In this document: positions 20,042 through 30,999 of the stretch, piece after piece
Layout: every line of letters starts with the position of its first letter
Numbering within the stretch: the stretch's first letter is position 1
Assembly: GCA_963731815.1 (NCBI GenBank)
Contig: CAVSWW010000011.1
Coordinates: 343,466-407,465 of the forward strand
DNA length: 64,000 bases
Origin: an uncultured Acidimicrobiia bacterium
GTDB lineage: Bacteria; Actinomycetota; Acidimicrobiia; IMCC26256; PALSA-555
Direction: 5' to 3'
The notes under the pieces: model-generated
Databases searched by the model: none
Told to the model about the DNA's origin: nothing
Seen by the model: only the letters and a program-made list of their open reading frames with translations
Made by a program: the position numbers and the translations under genes

Positions 20042-20467
20042 CTACTGGACGGTCTGGGCGTCGTAGGCGCGCAGACGGCGCGCGAGCCCCGCCATGAGCT
20101 TGTGCGCGAAGCCGGGCACCTCGTCGATCAGCGCCGAGAACTCACGCTGGCCGAGGACGACGAGCTCCATCGGGGTGACCGCGGTGATCGTGGCGTTGCG
20201 GGGAGCGCGGTCGAGGAGCGCGAGGTCGCCGAAGAAGTCGCCCGCTCCGACTCTGGCGACCTCCTGGCCGTGCCGGGTGATCGAGGCCTCACCGTCGAGG
20301 ATCACGAAGAACTCGGCGCCGGCCGACCCCTCGCTGACGATCACCTTGCCCGCCTCGACCTTCACGTCCTCCGCCCGCTTGGCGACGTGCTGCAGGTCCT
20401 TCTTCGAGCAGGCCGCGAAGAGGGGGACCTTGGCGAGGTGTTCGGTGAACGCGTCGTGCTTGGCCAT
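20042..20467 (-). CDS. cyclic-nucleotide-binding domain protein
   Basis: 141-aa ORF that is a stand-alone cNMP-binding fold ([46 protein letters not shown]). Confidence 0.8.
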   Translation of the reverse strand: MAKHDAFTEHLAKVPLFAACSKKDLQHVAKRAEDVKVEAGKVIVSEGSAGAEFFVILDGEASITRHGQEVARVGAGDFFGDLALLDRAPRNATITAVTPMELVVLGQREFSALIDEVPGFAHKLMAGLARRLRAYDAQTVQ

Positions 20468-20587
20468 GCCGGGAATGTAGCGAGTCGCTGCCGTTTCCGC
20501 TCGTGGTCATGGGGCACAGCCGCGTCCGCGGCCGCCGCCCGCAGCGAGATGGACCCAGAAATCGGGAATGGAGCCGGGCGCAGGAAA

Positions 20588-20608
20588 GTTGATAGCGTCA
20601 CACTCAAG
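20588..20608 (+). promoter_or_regulatory. HAIR-like HspR operator upstream of dnaK
   Basis: GTTGATA-gcgtcac-ACTCAAG, i.e. TTGA-N11-TCAA, compared with the HAIR consensus CTTGAGT-N7-ACTCAAG. The right half is perfect. It lies 25 nt upstream of the dnaK ATG. Confidence 0.55.
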
Positions 20609-20632
20609 ATCGCTCCAATGGAGGAAAACCTC

Positions 20633-22492
20633 ATGTCCAAGGCCGTCGGCATCGACCTCGGCACCACGAACTCGGTCGTCTCCAGCCTCGAGGCGGGCGA
20701 GCCCACCGTCATCCCCAACGCCGAGGGGTCCCGCACGACCCCGTCCGTCGTGGCGTTCTCGAAGACCGGCGAGGTGCTGGTCGGCGAGGTCGCCAAGCGG
20801 CAGGCGATCACCAACCCCGACCGGACGATCCGGTCGGTCAAGCGCCACATGGGCACGTCCTGGTCGATCGACATCGACGGGAAGAAGTACAGCGCCCAGG
20901 AGATCTCGGCCCGCATCCTCCAGAAGCTCAAGCGCGACGCCGAGGCGTACCTCGGTGACACGGTCACGCAGGCCGTGGTCACGGTCCCCGCCTACTTCGA
21001 CGACGCGCAGCGCCAGGCCACCAAGGAGGCCGGCGAGGTCGCGGGGCTCGAGGTGCTCCGCATCATCAACGAGCCGACCGCGGCCGCGCTCGCGTACGGG
21101 CTCGACAAGGAGCAGGACCTCACGATCCTCGTCTTCGACCTCGGTGGCGGCACGTTCGACGTGTCGATCCTCGAGCTCGGTGACGGCGTCTTCGAAGTGA
21201 AGTCGACCGCCGGCAACACGGCGCTCGGTGGCGACGACTGGGACCAGCGCGTCATCGACTGGATGGTCTCCGAGTTCAAGAACGCGCACGGCGTCGACCT
21301 CGGCGCCGACAAGATGGCCGCGCAGCGCCTGAAGGAGGCGGCGGAGAAGGCGAAGGTCGAGCTCTCCTCGCTGCAGGAGACGTCCATCAACCTCCCCTTC
21401 ATCACCGCGACGCAGGAGGGCCCGCTCCACCTGGAGCTGACCCTCTCGCGGGCGAAGTTCCAGGAGCTCACGGCCGATCTCGTCGACGCCACGAAGGGCC
21501 CGTTCGATCAGGCGATCAGTGACGCCGGCATGACGAAGGACGACATCGACCGCGTGATCATGGTCGGCGGCTCGACGCGCATGCCCGCGGTCCAGGACCT
21601 CGTGCACTCGCTCACCGGCAAGGAGGGCGACAAGGGCGTCAACCCCGACGAGGCCGTCGCGGTCGGCGCGGCGATCCAGGCCGGCGTGCTCAAGGGCGAC
21701 GTCAAGGACGTGCTGCTCCTCGACGTCACGCCGCTGTCGCTCGGCATCGAGACAAAGGGTCAGATCATGACCCGACTGATCGAGCGCAACACGACGATCC
21801 CGACGAAGCGCTCGGAGGTCTTCACGACCGCCGACGACAACCAGCCAAGCGTCGAGATCAAGGTGCTCCAGGGCGAGAGCGACATGGCGTACCGCAACAA
21901 GCTGCTCGGCACGTTCCAGCTCGTCGGCATCCCGCCCGCGCCCCGGGGCGTCCCGCAGGTCGAGGTGACGTTCGACATCGACGCGAACGGCATCGTGCAC
22001 GTGTCCGCCAAGGACCTGGGCACGGGCCAGGAGCAGCAGATGACGATCACCGGCGGCACTGCGCTCGACAAGGACGAGATCGAGCGGATGATGAAGGAGG
22101 CCGAGGCGCACGCCGACGAGGACCGGCAGCGTCGCGAGGCCGCCGAGGTGCGCAACAACGCCGACGCGCTCGTGTACCAGACGGAGAAGCTGCTCAAGGA
22201 CCAGGCCGACAAGGTCACCGACGACGACAAGAACAAGATCGAGTCGGCGCTCGGTGAGCTCAAGGAGGCCTTGCAGGGTGAGGACGTCGAGGCCATCCGT
22301 GCCAAGCACGAGGCGTTGATCCAGGCGAGCCAGGAGTTCGCGCAGCGCCTCTACCAGGCGGCCCAGGCCAACCAGCAGGCGGCGGGCGGCGCGCCCGGCG
22401 GTGACGCCGGTGCGGCCGGCGCCCAGCCGCCATCGGACGACGAGGTGGCCGACGCCGAGATCGTCGACGAGGGCGAAGAGAAGAGCGCGTGA
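20633..22492 (+). CDS. dnaK: molecular chaperone DnaK (Hsp70)
   Basis: [16 protein letters not shown].., [12 protein letters not shown], full substrate-binding domain, Gly/Ala-rich tail ending EEKSA. The gene is intact. An RBS (GGAGGAAAA) lies upstream. Confidence 0.98.
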   Translation: MSKAVGIDLGTTNSVVSSLEAGEPTVIPNAEGSRTTPSVVAFSKTGEVLVGEVAKRQAITNPDRTIRSVKRHMGTSWSIDIDGKKYSAQEISARILQKLKRDAEAYLGDTVTQAVVTVPAYFDDAQRQATKEAGEVAGLEVLRIINEPTAAALAYGLDKEQDLTILVFDLGGGTFDVSILELGDGVFEVKSTAGNTALGGDDWDQRVIDWMVSEFKNAHGVDLGADKMAAQRLKEAAEKAKVELSSLQETSINLPFITATQEGPLHLELTLSRAKFQELTADLVDATKGPFDQAISDAGMTKDDIDRVIMVGGSTRMPAVQDLVHSLTGKEGDKGVNPDEAVAVGAAIQAGVLKGDVKDVLLLDVTPLSLGIETKGQIMTRLIERNTTIPTKRSEVFTTADDNQPSVEIKVLQGESDMAYRNKLLGTFQLVGIPPAPRGVPQVEVTFDIDANGIVHVSAKDLGTGQEQQMTITGGTALDKDEIERMMKEAEAHADEDRQRREAAEVRNNADALVYQTEKLLKDQADKVTDDDKNKIESALGELKEALQGEDVEAIRAKHEALIQASQEFAQRLYQAAQANQQAAGGAPGGDAGAAGAQPPSDDEVADAEIVDEGEEKSA

Positions 22493-23055
22493 GCCGGAGC
22501 CCCGACGAGCGCGAGTCGTGGGTCACGCCGTCGGCTGAAGAGGACCCGCTCGGCCCTTCAGAGAGCGAGCGCGACGAGGTCGACTCCGATGTGGAGCAAG
22601 CGCCCGCGGCCGGGGTGTCCCCGGCCGCAGCGGACGACGCAGAGGAGGTCCAGCAGTACCGCGAGCTCGCGCAGCGTGTGCAGGCCGACTTCGAGAACTA
22701 CCGCAAGCGCGTGCTGCGTGAGCAGACCGCGATGGTCGAGCGGGCGAACGAGGCGCTCCTCGAGGCGGTCCTGCCCGTGCTCGACAGCTTCGAGCTCGCG
22801 CTCCCGATGCTCGACGACGCGGAGGAGAAGGTCCGCAAGGGCGTCGAGCTCGTCTACGCGGAGCTCGTCAGCGTCCTCGAGAAGAACGGTCTCGAGCGCA
22901 TCGACACCGACGGCAAGCCGTTCGACCCGAACGTGCACGAGTGCGTGCTGCAAGAAGACGGTGACGGCGAGCCCGTCGTCGCCGAGACCATGCGCACCGG
23001 GTACCGCCTGAAGGGACGCGTGCTCCGGCCTGCGATGGTCAAGGTCACGAGGTAA
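22489..23055 (+). CDS. grpE: nucleotide exchange factor GrpE
   Basis: The GTG start overlaps the dnaK stop (GTGA). [43 protein letters not shown] is typical GrpE. Confidence 0.95.
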   Translation: MSRSPDERESWVTPSAEEDPLGPSESERDEVDSDVEQAPAAGVSPAAADDAEEVQQYRELAQRVQADFENYRKRVLREQTAMVERANEALLEAVLPVLDSFELALPMLDDAEEKVRKGVELVYAELVSVLEKNGLERIDTDGKPFDPNVHECVLQEDGDGEPVVAETMRTGYRLKGRVLRPAMVKVTR

Positions 23056-23061
23056 CCGACC

Positions 23062-24336
23062 GTGGCGCCGCAACGGGAGTGGTTCGAGAAGGACTACTAC
23101 GCCGCGCTCGGGATCTCGTCGGACGCGAGCGACAAGGACGTCCAGAAGGCGTACCGGAAGCTCGCGAAGCAGTACCACCCCGACGCGAACGCGGGTGACG
23201 CGAACGCGGAGGAGCGCTTCAAGGACGTGTCGGCCGCGCACGACGTGCTCGGCGACCCGGAGAAGCGCAAGGAGTACGACCAGGTCCGCGAGATGGTCGC
23301 CAACGGCGCGGGGCCGGGAGGCTACGGCGGCTTCGGTCCCGGCTTCGAGAACGCGAACTTCCACTTCGACGACGGCGGCGGACTCGGCGACCTGTTCGGC
23401 AACCTCTTCGGCGGTGGTGCCGGCGGCGGTCGCGGGTTCGGTCGCCGCGGGCGTGGTCGCGGCGCGGGGCCGGTCGGCCCGGTGCGCGGCGAAGACCTCG
23501 AGACCGAGCTGCACCTCGACTTCCTCGACGCAGTCCATGGCATCACGACGACGGTCAACCTGACGTCCGACGCGGTGTGCTCGGTGTGCGGCGGGACCGG
23601 CGCCGAGCCCGGCACGTTCCCGGAGACGTGCACGACGTGCGGCGGCTCGGGCGCGGTCGCCGTCGACCAGGGACCGTTCTCGTTCTCGCAGGTGTGCCCC
23701 ACCTGCGGCGGGCGCGGCCAGATCGTCACGCACAAGTGCAAGAAGTGCCGATCGACCGGCGTCGAGCGGCGTCGGCGCGAGGTGAAGGTGCGCATCCCGG
23801 CCGGCGTGAAGGACGCGCAGCGGATCCGCGTGAAGGGCCGAGGCGGCGCGGGGCGCAACGGCGGTCCGCCGGGCGACCTGTTCGTCGTCGTCCACGTCGG
23901 CAAGCACCCGGTCTTCGGTCGAGCGCGGCGCGCCAACCTCACCGTCAACGTGCCGGTGACGTTCGCGGAGGCCGCGCTCGGGGCGCAGGTGAAGGTCCCG
24001 ACGCTCGAGGAGCCCGTGACCGTGAAGGTGCCCGCCGGAACCCAGCCCGGCACCACGGTGCGGGTGCGTGGCCGCGGCATCAAGCCCGCGAAGGGCGAGC
24101 CCGGCGACCTCATGGTGACGTTCGACGTGAAGGTGCCCGAGCGCCTCACCGCCGACGAGCGCGAAGCGGTCGAGTCGCTCGCCGAGAAGCTCAGCGAGAA
24201 CCCGCGCGACGGAGCTGGGGGTCTGACATGGCCACACGTGACGACCGGGAGCGAGCCCTCTACATCATCTCCGTGGCGGCGGAGCTGGCCGGCGTGCACG
24301 CGCAGACGCTGCGGATCTACGAGCGCAAGGGCCTGA
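23062..24336 (+). CDS. dnaJ: molecular chaperone DnaJ
   Basis: J-domain (DYYAALGISSDASDKDVQKAYRKLAKQYHPD), G/F region, and four CxxCxGxG zinc motifs. The last 35 codons overlap hspR and look out of frame. A 1-nt slip near 24212 would give ..ENPRDELGV with a stop at 24224-24226, just before the hspR ATG. Confidence 0.9.
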   Translation: MAPQREWFEKDYYAALGISSDASDKDVQKAYRKLAKQYHPDANAGDANAEERFKDVSAAHDVLGDPEKRKEYDQVREMVANGAGPGGYGGFGPGFENANFHFDDGGGLGDLFGNLFGGGAGGGRGFGRRGRGRGAGPVGPVRGEDLETELHLDFLDAVHGITTTVNLTSDAVCSVCGGTGAEPGTFPETCTTCGGSGAVAVDQGPFSFSQVCPTCGGRGQIVTHKCKKCRSTGVERRRREVKVRIPAGVKDAQRIRVKGRGGAGRNGGPPGDLFVVVHVGKHPVFGRARRANLTVNVPVTFAEAALGAQVKVPTLEEPVTVKVPAGTQPGTTVRVRGRGIKPAKGEPGDLMVTFDVKVPERLTADEREAVESLAEKLSENPRDGAGGLTWPHVTTGSEPSTSSPWRRSWPACTRRRCGSTSARA

Positions 24337-24791
24337 TCGAGCCGGAGCGCACCGAGGGCGGCAGCCGTCGCTACTCCGACAACGACATCGCGCTCCTCCG
24401 CCGGATCCAGGAGCTCACCAACGAAGGCGTGAGCCTCGTCGGCGTCCGCAAGGTCCTGGCGCTGGAGGCCGAGCTCGAGCGCGCCCGCGCCCGGATCGCC
24501 GAGCTCCAGCGGTCGCTCGACGCCGCCCACGACGAGCTCGCCCGGGCGGTCGAGGCGGCCCACCGCGAGCACCGCCGCGACCTCGTGCCGGTGCCGGCCC
24601 TCGACGGTCGTTCGCCGGAGGACCGGGTAGGGCACCGCCGCCGCCGGCGCCGGCCGCGATCATGCTCGAACCCACCTTCACCGGCTAGGCGCGAGCGGCC
24701 AGCTTCCCCGAGCGGAGCGACGCGAGGAAGTCGCCCAGCTCCGTCGCGGTCGGCGCGGTCCGCGGCTCGCGGATCGTCACCGTCACCGTGA
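24228..24791 (+). CDS. hspR: heat-shock transcriptional repressor HspR (MerR family); 3-prime end uncertain
   Basis: MATRDDRERALYIISVAAELAGVHAQTLRIYERKGLIEPERTEGGSRRYSDNDIALLRRIQELTNEGV is a MerR-type HTH. After about residue 125 the ORF turns Arg/Pro/Ser-rich and overlaps a convergent gene. The true stop is probably at 24630 or 24688 in another frame. Confidence 0.85.
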   Translation: MATRDDRERALYIISVAAELAGVHAQTLRIYERKGLIEPERTEGGSRRYSDNDIALLRRIQELTNEGVSLVGVRKVLALEAELERARARIAELQRSLDAAHDELARAVEAAHREHRRDLVPVPALDGRSPEDRVGHRRRRRRPRSCSNPPSPARRERPASPSGATRGSRPAPSRSARSAARGSSPSP

Positions 24792-25797
24792 GCGGACGTC
24801 CGTTCGCGGTCTGTCCGACGTACTGCTCGATGCGCGTCGGCGGGCGACGAGCTGGGATCACGGAACTCGAACCGGAATCCGGGAGCGTCCGCGATGCGCA
24901 TGCGCGTGGCCGCGGTCGAGCTGCACGTCGGGAAGCTTCTTCCGCGAGCGTCTCGGTGAGCTGGTCGGCGAGGCGTGTGCAGCGGCGGGATGTCGCGCTG
25001 CGTTCGCGCCGACGACGACGGACACGGTGTTGGTCTCGCTCGCCGGCGCTCCCGGCGACGCGATCGCGAACCTGATCGAGCTGCCGCGCTCGCGGCGCAG
25101 GACGCGCCATTCGTCGGGGTAGCGCAGCGCGAACTCCGCGTCGCCGTCGCGGTACGCGAGGGCGTGCTCGACCTGGGGCCGCTCGGCGGTCGAGCGTGAA
25201 GACGCCCGCGCCCGCCGCGGCGGCGGCGGCGATGAGCGCGGCACGCGGCCGCGACGGCGACGGTCACGATGCGCCGGCGCGCGAGCCCGGCACGCTCGCC
25301 TCGGGGACAGACGCGCGGGTCGTCGCCGAACGCCGCGACCATCGGGTCGACGGCGGAGGAGTGGGGTCGGCCTCGGTCACCCACCGCAGATCGTCGACCG
25401 CGTCGTCTTCGGGGAGCGGTTCGGGCTCGGGCAGCGGCTCGGCCTCGGCCTCCGTGGCGGGCACCGACCGCGAGGAGCGGCTGGGTGAGGACGACGGGCG
25501 GGAACGAGATCGACGGGAGGGTCGGCGCGTCGGGCTCGGGCGCGGGCGCGCGAGCAGGGGCTCGGTGAGGAGGAGCGGACTCGGGAAGAGCTGCGGGAGG
25601 GTCGGCGCCTCGGGCTCCCCCGGTCGCTGGATGTCGATGAGGTAGGGGGTCCAATGCAGGCCCTCCTCCTCGTCTTCACCGTCACGGACGCGCGCGGTCC
25701 AGTGCCAGCCGTCCCACCAGCGCTCACGGCCCGGGCACAGAGGGTCCGGCGCGAAGCGCGGCCCCCGGCTCCAGACCACATCAGCAACATCCGTCAC
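24685..25797 (-). pseudogene. DUF2510-domain / Pro-rich / single-TM protein, fragmented by several frame breaks
   Basis: The N-terminus [37 protein letters not shown] carries a DUF2510-like WxDP..RxWDGxxWT motif. Then come a Pro-rich linker, a TM region (IVTVAVAAA..), and a C-terminal domain split over three frames (EHALAYRDGDAEFALRYPDEWRV.. / TRMRIADAPGFRFEF / IEQYVGQTANGRPLTVTVTIREP..). I count at least 5 breaks. Confidence 0.5.
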
Positions 25798-25880
25798 AGG
25801 GCCGTCCAGCGTGGCATGTTGGGCGGAGGCGATTCCAGGGGCAGATCTCCTGGATTCATGAGCGCGATCCCGGGAATCGT

Positions 25881-25907
25881 GAAGTTGACAACCCCGTTGT
25901 CAACTTC
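25881..25907 (+). promoter_or_regulatory. HAIR-like palindromic operator upstream of clpB
   Basis: GAAGTTGACAAC-ccc-GTTGTCAACTTC has perfect 12-bp arms and contains TTGA-N11-TCAA, the same spacing as the dnaK site. It lies 52 nt upstream of the clpB ATG. Confidence 0.6.
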
Positions 25908-25958
25908 GACACTCTGCAGACCGAGGCAGCCACACAAGAGACGGGGAAGACCAGCCGC

Positions 25959-28634
25959 ATGGCACTCGATCCCAACAAGTTCACCCGCAAGACGGGCGAG
26001 GCCCTCCAGGCCGCGCAGGCGCTCGCCCGCGAGCGGAACCACACCCAGGTCACGCCCGAGCACCTGCTCGCGGCGCTTCTCGGGCAGCCCGAGAGCGTCG
26101 TGCTGCCGGTGCTCGAGCGCCTCGGTGTGGCACCCAAGACCCTCGTCGACCGGGTCGACGAGGCGATCGGCGCGCTGCCGCAGGTCTACGGCCAGACGAC
26201 CCAGACGGCGCAGCTCGCGCCCGACGCGTACCAGGTGCTCGAGGCGGCCGACCGCCAGCGCGAGGACCTCGGCGACGACTACCTCTCCACCGAGCACGTC
26301 CTGCTCGCGATGTCCGACGTCGCGGGCGGTGTCGGCGACCTCCTGCGCAGCAGTGGCGTCGCGCACGACGCGCTGCTCGGTGCGCTCAAGGAGGTGCGCG
26401 GCAGCCACCGCGTGACGAGCGAGAACCCCGAGGACCAGTACCAGGCGCTCGAGCGCTTCGGCCGCGACCTCACCGAGGAGGCGCGCAAGGGCAAGCTCGA
26501 CCCGGTCATCGGACGCGACGAGGAGATCCGGCGCGTCATCCAGGTGCTCTCGCGCCGCACGAAGAACAACCCCGTCCTCATCGGCGAGCCCGGCGTCGGC
26601 AAGACCGCGATCGCCGAGGGCCTGGCGCGCCGCATCGTCGAGGGCGACGTGCCCGAGTCGCTGCGCGACAAGCGGCTCATCTCGCTCGACATCAGCGCGA
26701 TGGTCGCGGGCTCGAAGTACCGCGGTGAGTTCGAGGACCGCATGAAGGCCGTCCTCAAGGAGATCACCGACTCCGACGGCGAGGTCATCACGTTCGTCGA
26801 CGAGCTGCACACGATCGTCGGCGCCGGTGGTGCCGAGGGCGCGGTCGACGCCGGCAACATGATCAAGCCGATGCTGGCGCGCGGCGAGCTGCGCATGATC
26901 GGCGCGACGACGCTCGACGAGTTCCGCAAGCACATCGAGAAGGACGCCGCGCTCGAGCGCCGCTTCCAGCAGGTGTTCGTGGGTGAGCCGTCGGTCGACG
27001 ACACGATCGCGATCCTCCGCGGGCTCAAGGAGCGCTACGAGGTGCACCACGGTGTCCGAATCCAGGACGCCGCGCTCGTCGCGGCCGCGGTGCTGTCGCA
27101 CCGCTACATCACGGGTCGCCAGCTGCCCGACAAGGCGATCGACCTCGTCGACGAGGCCGCGTCGCGCCTGCGGATCGAGATCGACTCGATGCCGTTCGAC
27201 ATCGACGTCGTCGAGCGGCGCATCCGCCAGCTGGAGATCGAGAAGGCCGCGCTCGCCAAGGAGACCGATGAGGTCTCGAAGGGCCGGCTCGAGGCGATCG
27301 ACGCCGAGCTCGCCGAGCTCGCGGAGGAGCGCGACGCGAAGGTCGCCCACTGGCAGAACGAGAAGGACGCGATCACCGAGATCCGGGCGCTGAAGGAGCA
27401 GCTCGAGAACGCGCGTACCGAGGCGGAGCGGGCCGAGCGCGAGGGGAACCTCGAGCAGGCCGCGCAGCTCCGCTACGGCACCATGCGCGAGCTCGAGACC
27501 GAGATCGAGGAGAAGACCGTCCGCCTCAACGAGCTCCAGGCCGACGAGCAGATGCTCAAGGAGGAGGTCGACGAGGAGGACGTCGCCGAGATCGTCGCCA
27601 AGTGGACCGGCATCCCCGTGAGCCGCCTCATGGAGGGCGAGATGGCCAAGCTCGTGCGCCTCGAGGAGGTGCTGCACGAGCGCGTCATCGGGCAGGACGA
27701 CGCGGTGAGCGCCGTCGCCAACGCGATCCGGCGGTCGCGCGCGGGCCTGTCCGACCCCAACCGGCCGATCGGCTCGTTCCTCTTCCTCGGGCCCACGGGC
27801 GTGGGCAAGACCGAGCTCGCGCGGACGCTGGCCGACTTCCTGTTCGACGACGAGCGGGCGATGGTCCGCATCGACATGTCGGAGTACATGGAGAAGCACT
27901 CGGTGTCGCGCCTCGTCGGCGCGCCCCCGGGCTACGTCGGGTACGACGAGGGCGGTCAGCTCACCGAAGCCGTCCGCCGTCGCCCGTACGCGGTCGTGCT
28001 GCTCGACGAGGTCGAGAAGGCACACCCCGACGTGTTCAACGTGCTGCTCCAGCTCATGGACGACGGTCGGCTGACCGACGGTCAGGGGCGCACGGTCGAC
28101 TTCACCAACGTCGTGCTGATCATGACGAGCAACCTCGGCACTCAGTCCTTGACGGGAGGCGATGGTGACGAGCGAGCGGTGATGGCCGCGGTGCACAGCC
28201 ACTTCAAGCCGGAGTTCCTGAACCGCATCGACGAGATCGTGGTGTTCCACCGGCTCGACGAGTCGCACATCGAGCGCATCGTCGAGATCCAGGTGGAGCA
28301 GCTGCGTCGACGTCTGGCCGACCGGAGCCTCGGGCTCGAGATCACCGAGGCCGCGCTCGCGCACCTGGCGAAGATCGGGTACGACCCCGACTTCGGGGCG
28401 CGCCCGCTCAAGCGGGTGCTCCAGAAGGAGGTCGCCGACCCGATCGCGCTCGGGCTGCTCAAGGGCGAGTACCACGACGGTGACGTCGTGGTCGTCGACG
28501 CCACGAGCGACGGCACGCTGGCGTTCAGCAGCGAAGTCGAGCGTCAGCGCCTGAGCGGACGCGCTCAGAGCCAGCGTCGGCGCAGGAGCTCGCGCGCGTC
28601 GCGAACCAGCCGGGGATGGCCGGCACGTAGCTGA
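25959..28634 (+). CDS. clpB: ATP-dependent chaperone ClpB
   Basis: Clp N-domain, two AAA+ modules ([21 protein letters not shown]), a long coiled-coil middle domain, intact 891-aa ORF. The last 30 residues are Arg/Ser-rich, so the exact stop is slightly uncertain. Confidence 0.97.
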   Translation: MALDPNKFTRKTGEALQAAQALARERNHTQVTPEHLLAALLGQPESVVLPVLERLGVAPKTLVDRVDEAIGALPQVYGQTTQTAQLAPDAYQVLEAADRQREDLGDDYLSTEHVLLAMSDVAGGVGDLLRSSGVAHDALLGALKEVRGSHRVTSENPEDQYQALERFGRDLTEEARKGKLDPVIGRDEEIRRVIQVLSRRTKNNPVLIGEPGVGKTAIAEGLARRIVEGDVPESLRDKRLISLDISAMVAGSKYRGEFEDRMKAVLKEITDSDGEVITFVDELHTIVGAGGAEGAVDAGNMIKPMLARGELRMIGATTLDEFRKHIEKDAALERRFQQVFVGEPSVDDTIAILRGLKERYEVHHGVRIQDAALVAAAVLSHRYITGRQLPDKAIDLVDEAASRLRIEIDSMPFDIDVVERRIRQLEIEKAALAKETDEVSKGRLEAIDAELAELAEERDAKVAHWQNEKDAITEIRALKEQLENARTEAERAEREGNLEQAAQLRYGTMRELETEIEEKTVRLNELQADEQMLKEEVDEEDVAEIVAKWTGIPVSRLMEGEMAKLVRLEEVLHERVIGQDDAVSAVANAIRRSRAGLSDPNRPIGSFLFLGPTGVGKTELARTLADFLFDDERAMVRIDMSEYMEKHSVSRLVGAPPGYVGYDEGGQLTEAVRRRPYAVVLLDEVEKAHPDVFNVLLQLMDDGRLTDGQGRTVDFTNVVLIMTSNLGTQSLTGGDGDERAVMAAVHSHFKPEFLNRIDEIVVFHRLDESHIERIVEIQVEQLRRRLADRSLGLEITEAALAHLAKIGYDPDFGARPLKRVLQKEVADPIALGLLKGEYHDGDVVVVDATSDGTLAFSSEVERQRLSGRAQSQRRRRSSRASRTSRGWPARS

Positions 28635-30974
28635 CCGCGAGCTGGTGCGCGAGGACGGCCGCCGCGGTGGCCGCCTCGGGGACGCCGAACGCGGTGAGCA
28701 GGCCCGGCGAGCCCGATGGCCGACACCGCGGTGCCGCCCCCCGGGAGCGGGACGAGCGACGCGATCAGCGAGATGCCGATGTTGAGCGGCGAGCAGCGTC
28801 CAGAAGTTGACGCTCTCGCCGAACGCGGCGAGGCAGGCGAGCAGCGACGCGGCGTAGAAGCACTGCGCCGCGACGTTGCCGACGAGCAGCAGCGCCGAGC
28901 TTCTGCGGCGTCTTGACCGCTTCCCACACCGTGCGCGCCGCGCGCACGACCGCCGGGACGACGGCACGCCGGATGCCGCGGATGCTGAACACGACCGCGA
29001 TCGACGACCCCGATCACGAACACCGCGATCGAGCGCGATCAGGAGGATCTGGTCGGTGTTGATGTTCCCGAAGTCGATCGAGTCGGGCGCGAGCCAGAGC
29101 GCGAGGAACAGCAGCCCGACCTGCACGATGATCTCCGAGACGCTGCTGAGCACGCCGCCGGTCGGCGACGGCCGACGTGAGATCGAGGCCCTGGCGCTGG
29201 AGGAAGCGGATCTGCATCGCGGCGTCGGCGGCGACCGGCACCGCGAGGTTCGAGAACGACATCGACGACTGCAGCAGCATCGACGGCCAGAGCGCGACCC
29301 GGATCGGCACGGTGCCGAGGAACGCCACGGCGAACGCCGCGTCGGTCAGCATGCCGAGCACGAAGGCGAGCAGCACGTACTCCCAGCTCGCGTCGCGCAC
29401 CGAGTTCCAGAACTCGCCGGGTCGCCGATCCGGCTGAGCAGGAAGCCGACCGCGAACAGCGCGGCGACGGCCATGATGATCGAGCGCGGGTGCACTCGGT
29501 AGAGCTGGCGGAGCTCGGGCGGATCGTGGCTGCAGCGCCTGGGCGCCGCGCGTCGCGCAGCTGCTCGAGCGCTGCCGCCGTCGAGCGGCGTCGCGGGTCG
29601 CGCTCGTCATGACCGATGGCTGGAGGTAGCGGGAGCGCCTCGTGCAACGCGTCGTCGCCGATCGCGCGCGTCCGAGCGGCGGCGCAGCGCCCTCGTCGGC
29701 GACGACGAAGCACGCCGGCATGCCGAGCAGCTGTGCGACGTCGCGAGCGCATCTGGCCCGACGTCGGCGCTCGTCGACTGCCGCCTCGAACCCCACGATC
29801 GTCGGTCGGTTCCCGCTCGCCGATCACGAGGTGCCCCGCGTCGAGCGCGCCGTGCGCGATGCGCGCGGCGTGGAGCTGGTCGACCTCGCGCCAGACGCGA
29901 TCGCAGCAGCGCGTCGGTGAGCTTCGCCTTCGGTGCTAGGTCCCCGAGCGAGCGTCCCGACCGGGACCTCCTCGACGAGGACCGCGAGCCCGCGTGGCCG
30001 ATCCCGCGGCGACGATGCCCGGCGCGCGCGACGCCGCGGTCGCGGGCGAGCAGCTCGACATACGCCTCGTACTCGACCTGCTGCCGGCGGGTCGGGAAGA
30101 GCAGTGGGTGTCGTCTCGCGGTACGCGAGGTAGCGCCACAGCGCGAGCGATGAACTGCGCGTCGGCTTCGTCGCGGCCGATCGCGGTGACCTGGATCCGG
30201 CCCGTCGGTGGTGTCGCGCCGACGAACAGCGCTCGCCCGACCGGCTGGTCGGCACCGAGGTGGAGGTCGAGTGACCGCGACGCCGAGCCGCGCGAGCGCG
30301 CGGTGCACCTGCGCGACGGTCGGACGTCTGTCGGGCGTGCCGAACGCGAAGTGCACCGCGGCGGCGACGCCCCAGCCGAGGACGATCGCGCCGAGGAGGT
30401 CGGTCGGGAACGCCCGCCCGAGGTACATCGCGCTCGAGCGCGAGCAGGACCACGAGCACCTGGCCGACCCGGCGCACCGGTCGCGTCAGATGGGGGGAGG
30501 CGACGATGATCATCGCGACCGCGATCCCGACGCGCACCGTCGGGAAGCGCGGCGCGTCGTCGAAGTCGAAGACACCTCGAACGCGCCCGCCAGCGACGTA
30601 CGACCCCAGACGTACGCGAGGAGTCGCCCGAGCAGCCACGCCAGCGCGCCGGCGACGACGAGGTCGCGTGCGAGCTTCCAGCGGCGGACGAGGAGCACGG
30701 TCACCGCGAGGAGCGGACCGCCCAGAGCGCGAGCAGGTCGTAGAAGACGAGGAAGAACGTGTCGGCTGCCGACGGGAGGGTCTCGAACCACCGCACCACC
30801 GCACGCTCGGTCGCCGTCGGGCTGTCGGCGTGGAAGGCGAGCCCGACGAGGATCGCGGCGGCCACGACCACGCGGACGGCGTCGCTCGGCCGTCGACGGC
30901 TCGTGCCGCCCGAACGCACCCGGACGAGGCGCCGCCGGAGTCGCGTCGTACTGGCTGCGCATCCAGCGGATCAC
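28565..30974 (-). pseudogene. multidomain membrane protein (PAP2-like TM region + kinase-like middle + UPF0104/LPG-synthase-TM flippase-like C-terminus), heavily frame-broken
   Basis: Recognisable pieces lie in all three minus frames: MRSQYD..RRRPSDAVRVVVAAAILVGLAF; LLAVTVLLVRRWKLARDLVVAGALAWLLG; FDFDDAPRFPTVRVGIAVAMIIV; MYLGRAFPTDLLGAIVLGWGVAAAVHFAFG (PAP2-like); LALWRYLAYRE..LFPTRRQQVEYEAYVELLARDRGV; WEYVLLAFVLGMLTDAAFAVAFLG; NIGISLIASLVPLPGGGTAVSAIGLAG (UPF0104-like). I count at least 10 breaks. Confidence 0.55.
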
Positions 30975-30999
30975 GCAGGGTGTTCTATAGCCTCCGGCC

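Noticed and set aside
20507-22309. 600-aa minus-strand ORF.
   Set aside because: It is antisense to the intact, unmistakable dnaK, so it is a shadow ORF.
25794-29153. 1119-aa minus-strand ORF.
   Set aside because: It is antisense to clpB for most of its length. Only its first 110 codons or so (29153 to about 28800) coincide with fragments of the flippase-like gene.
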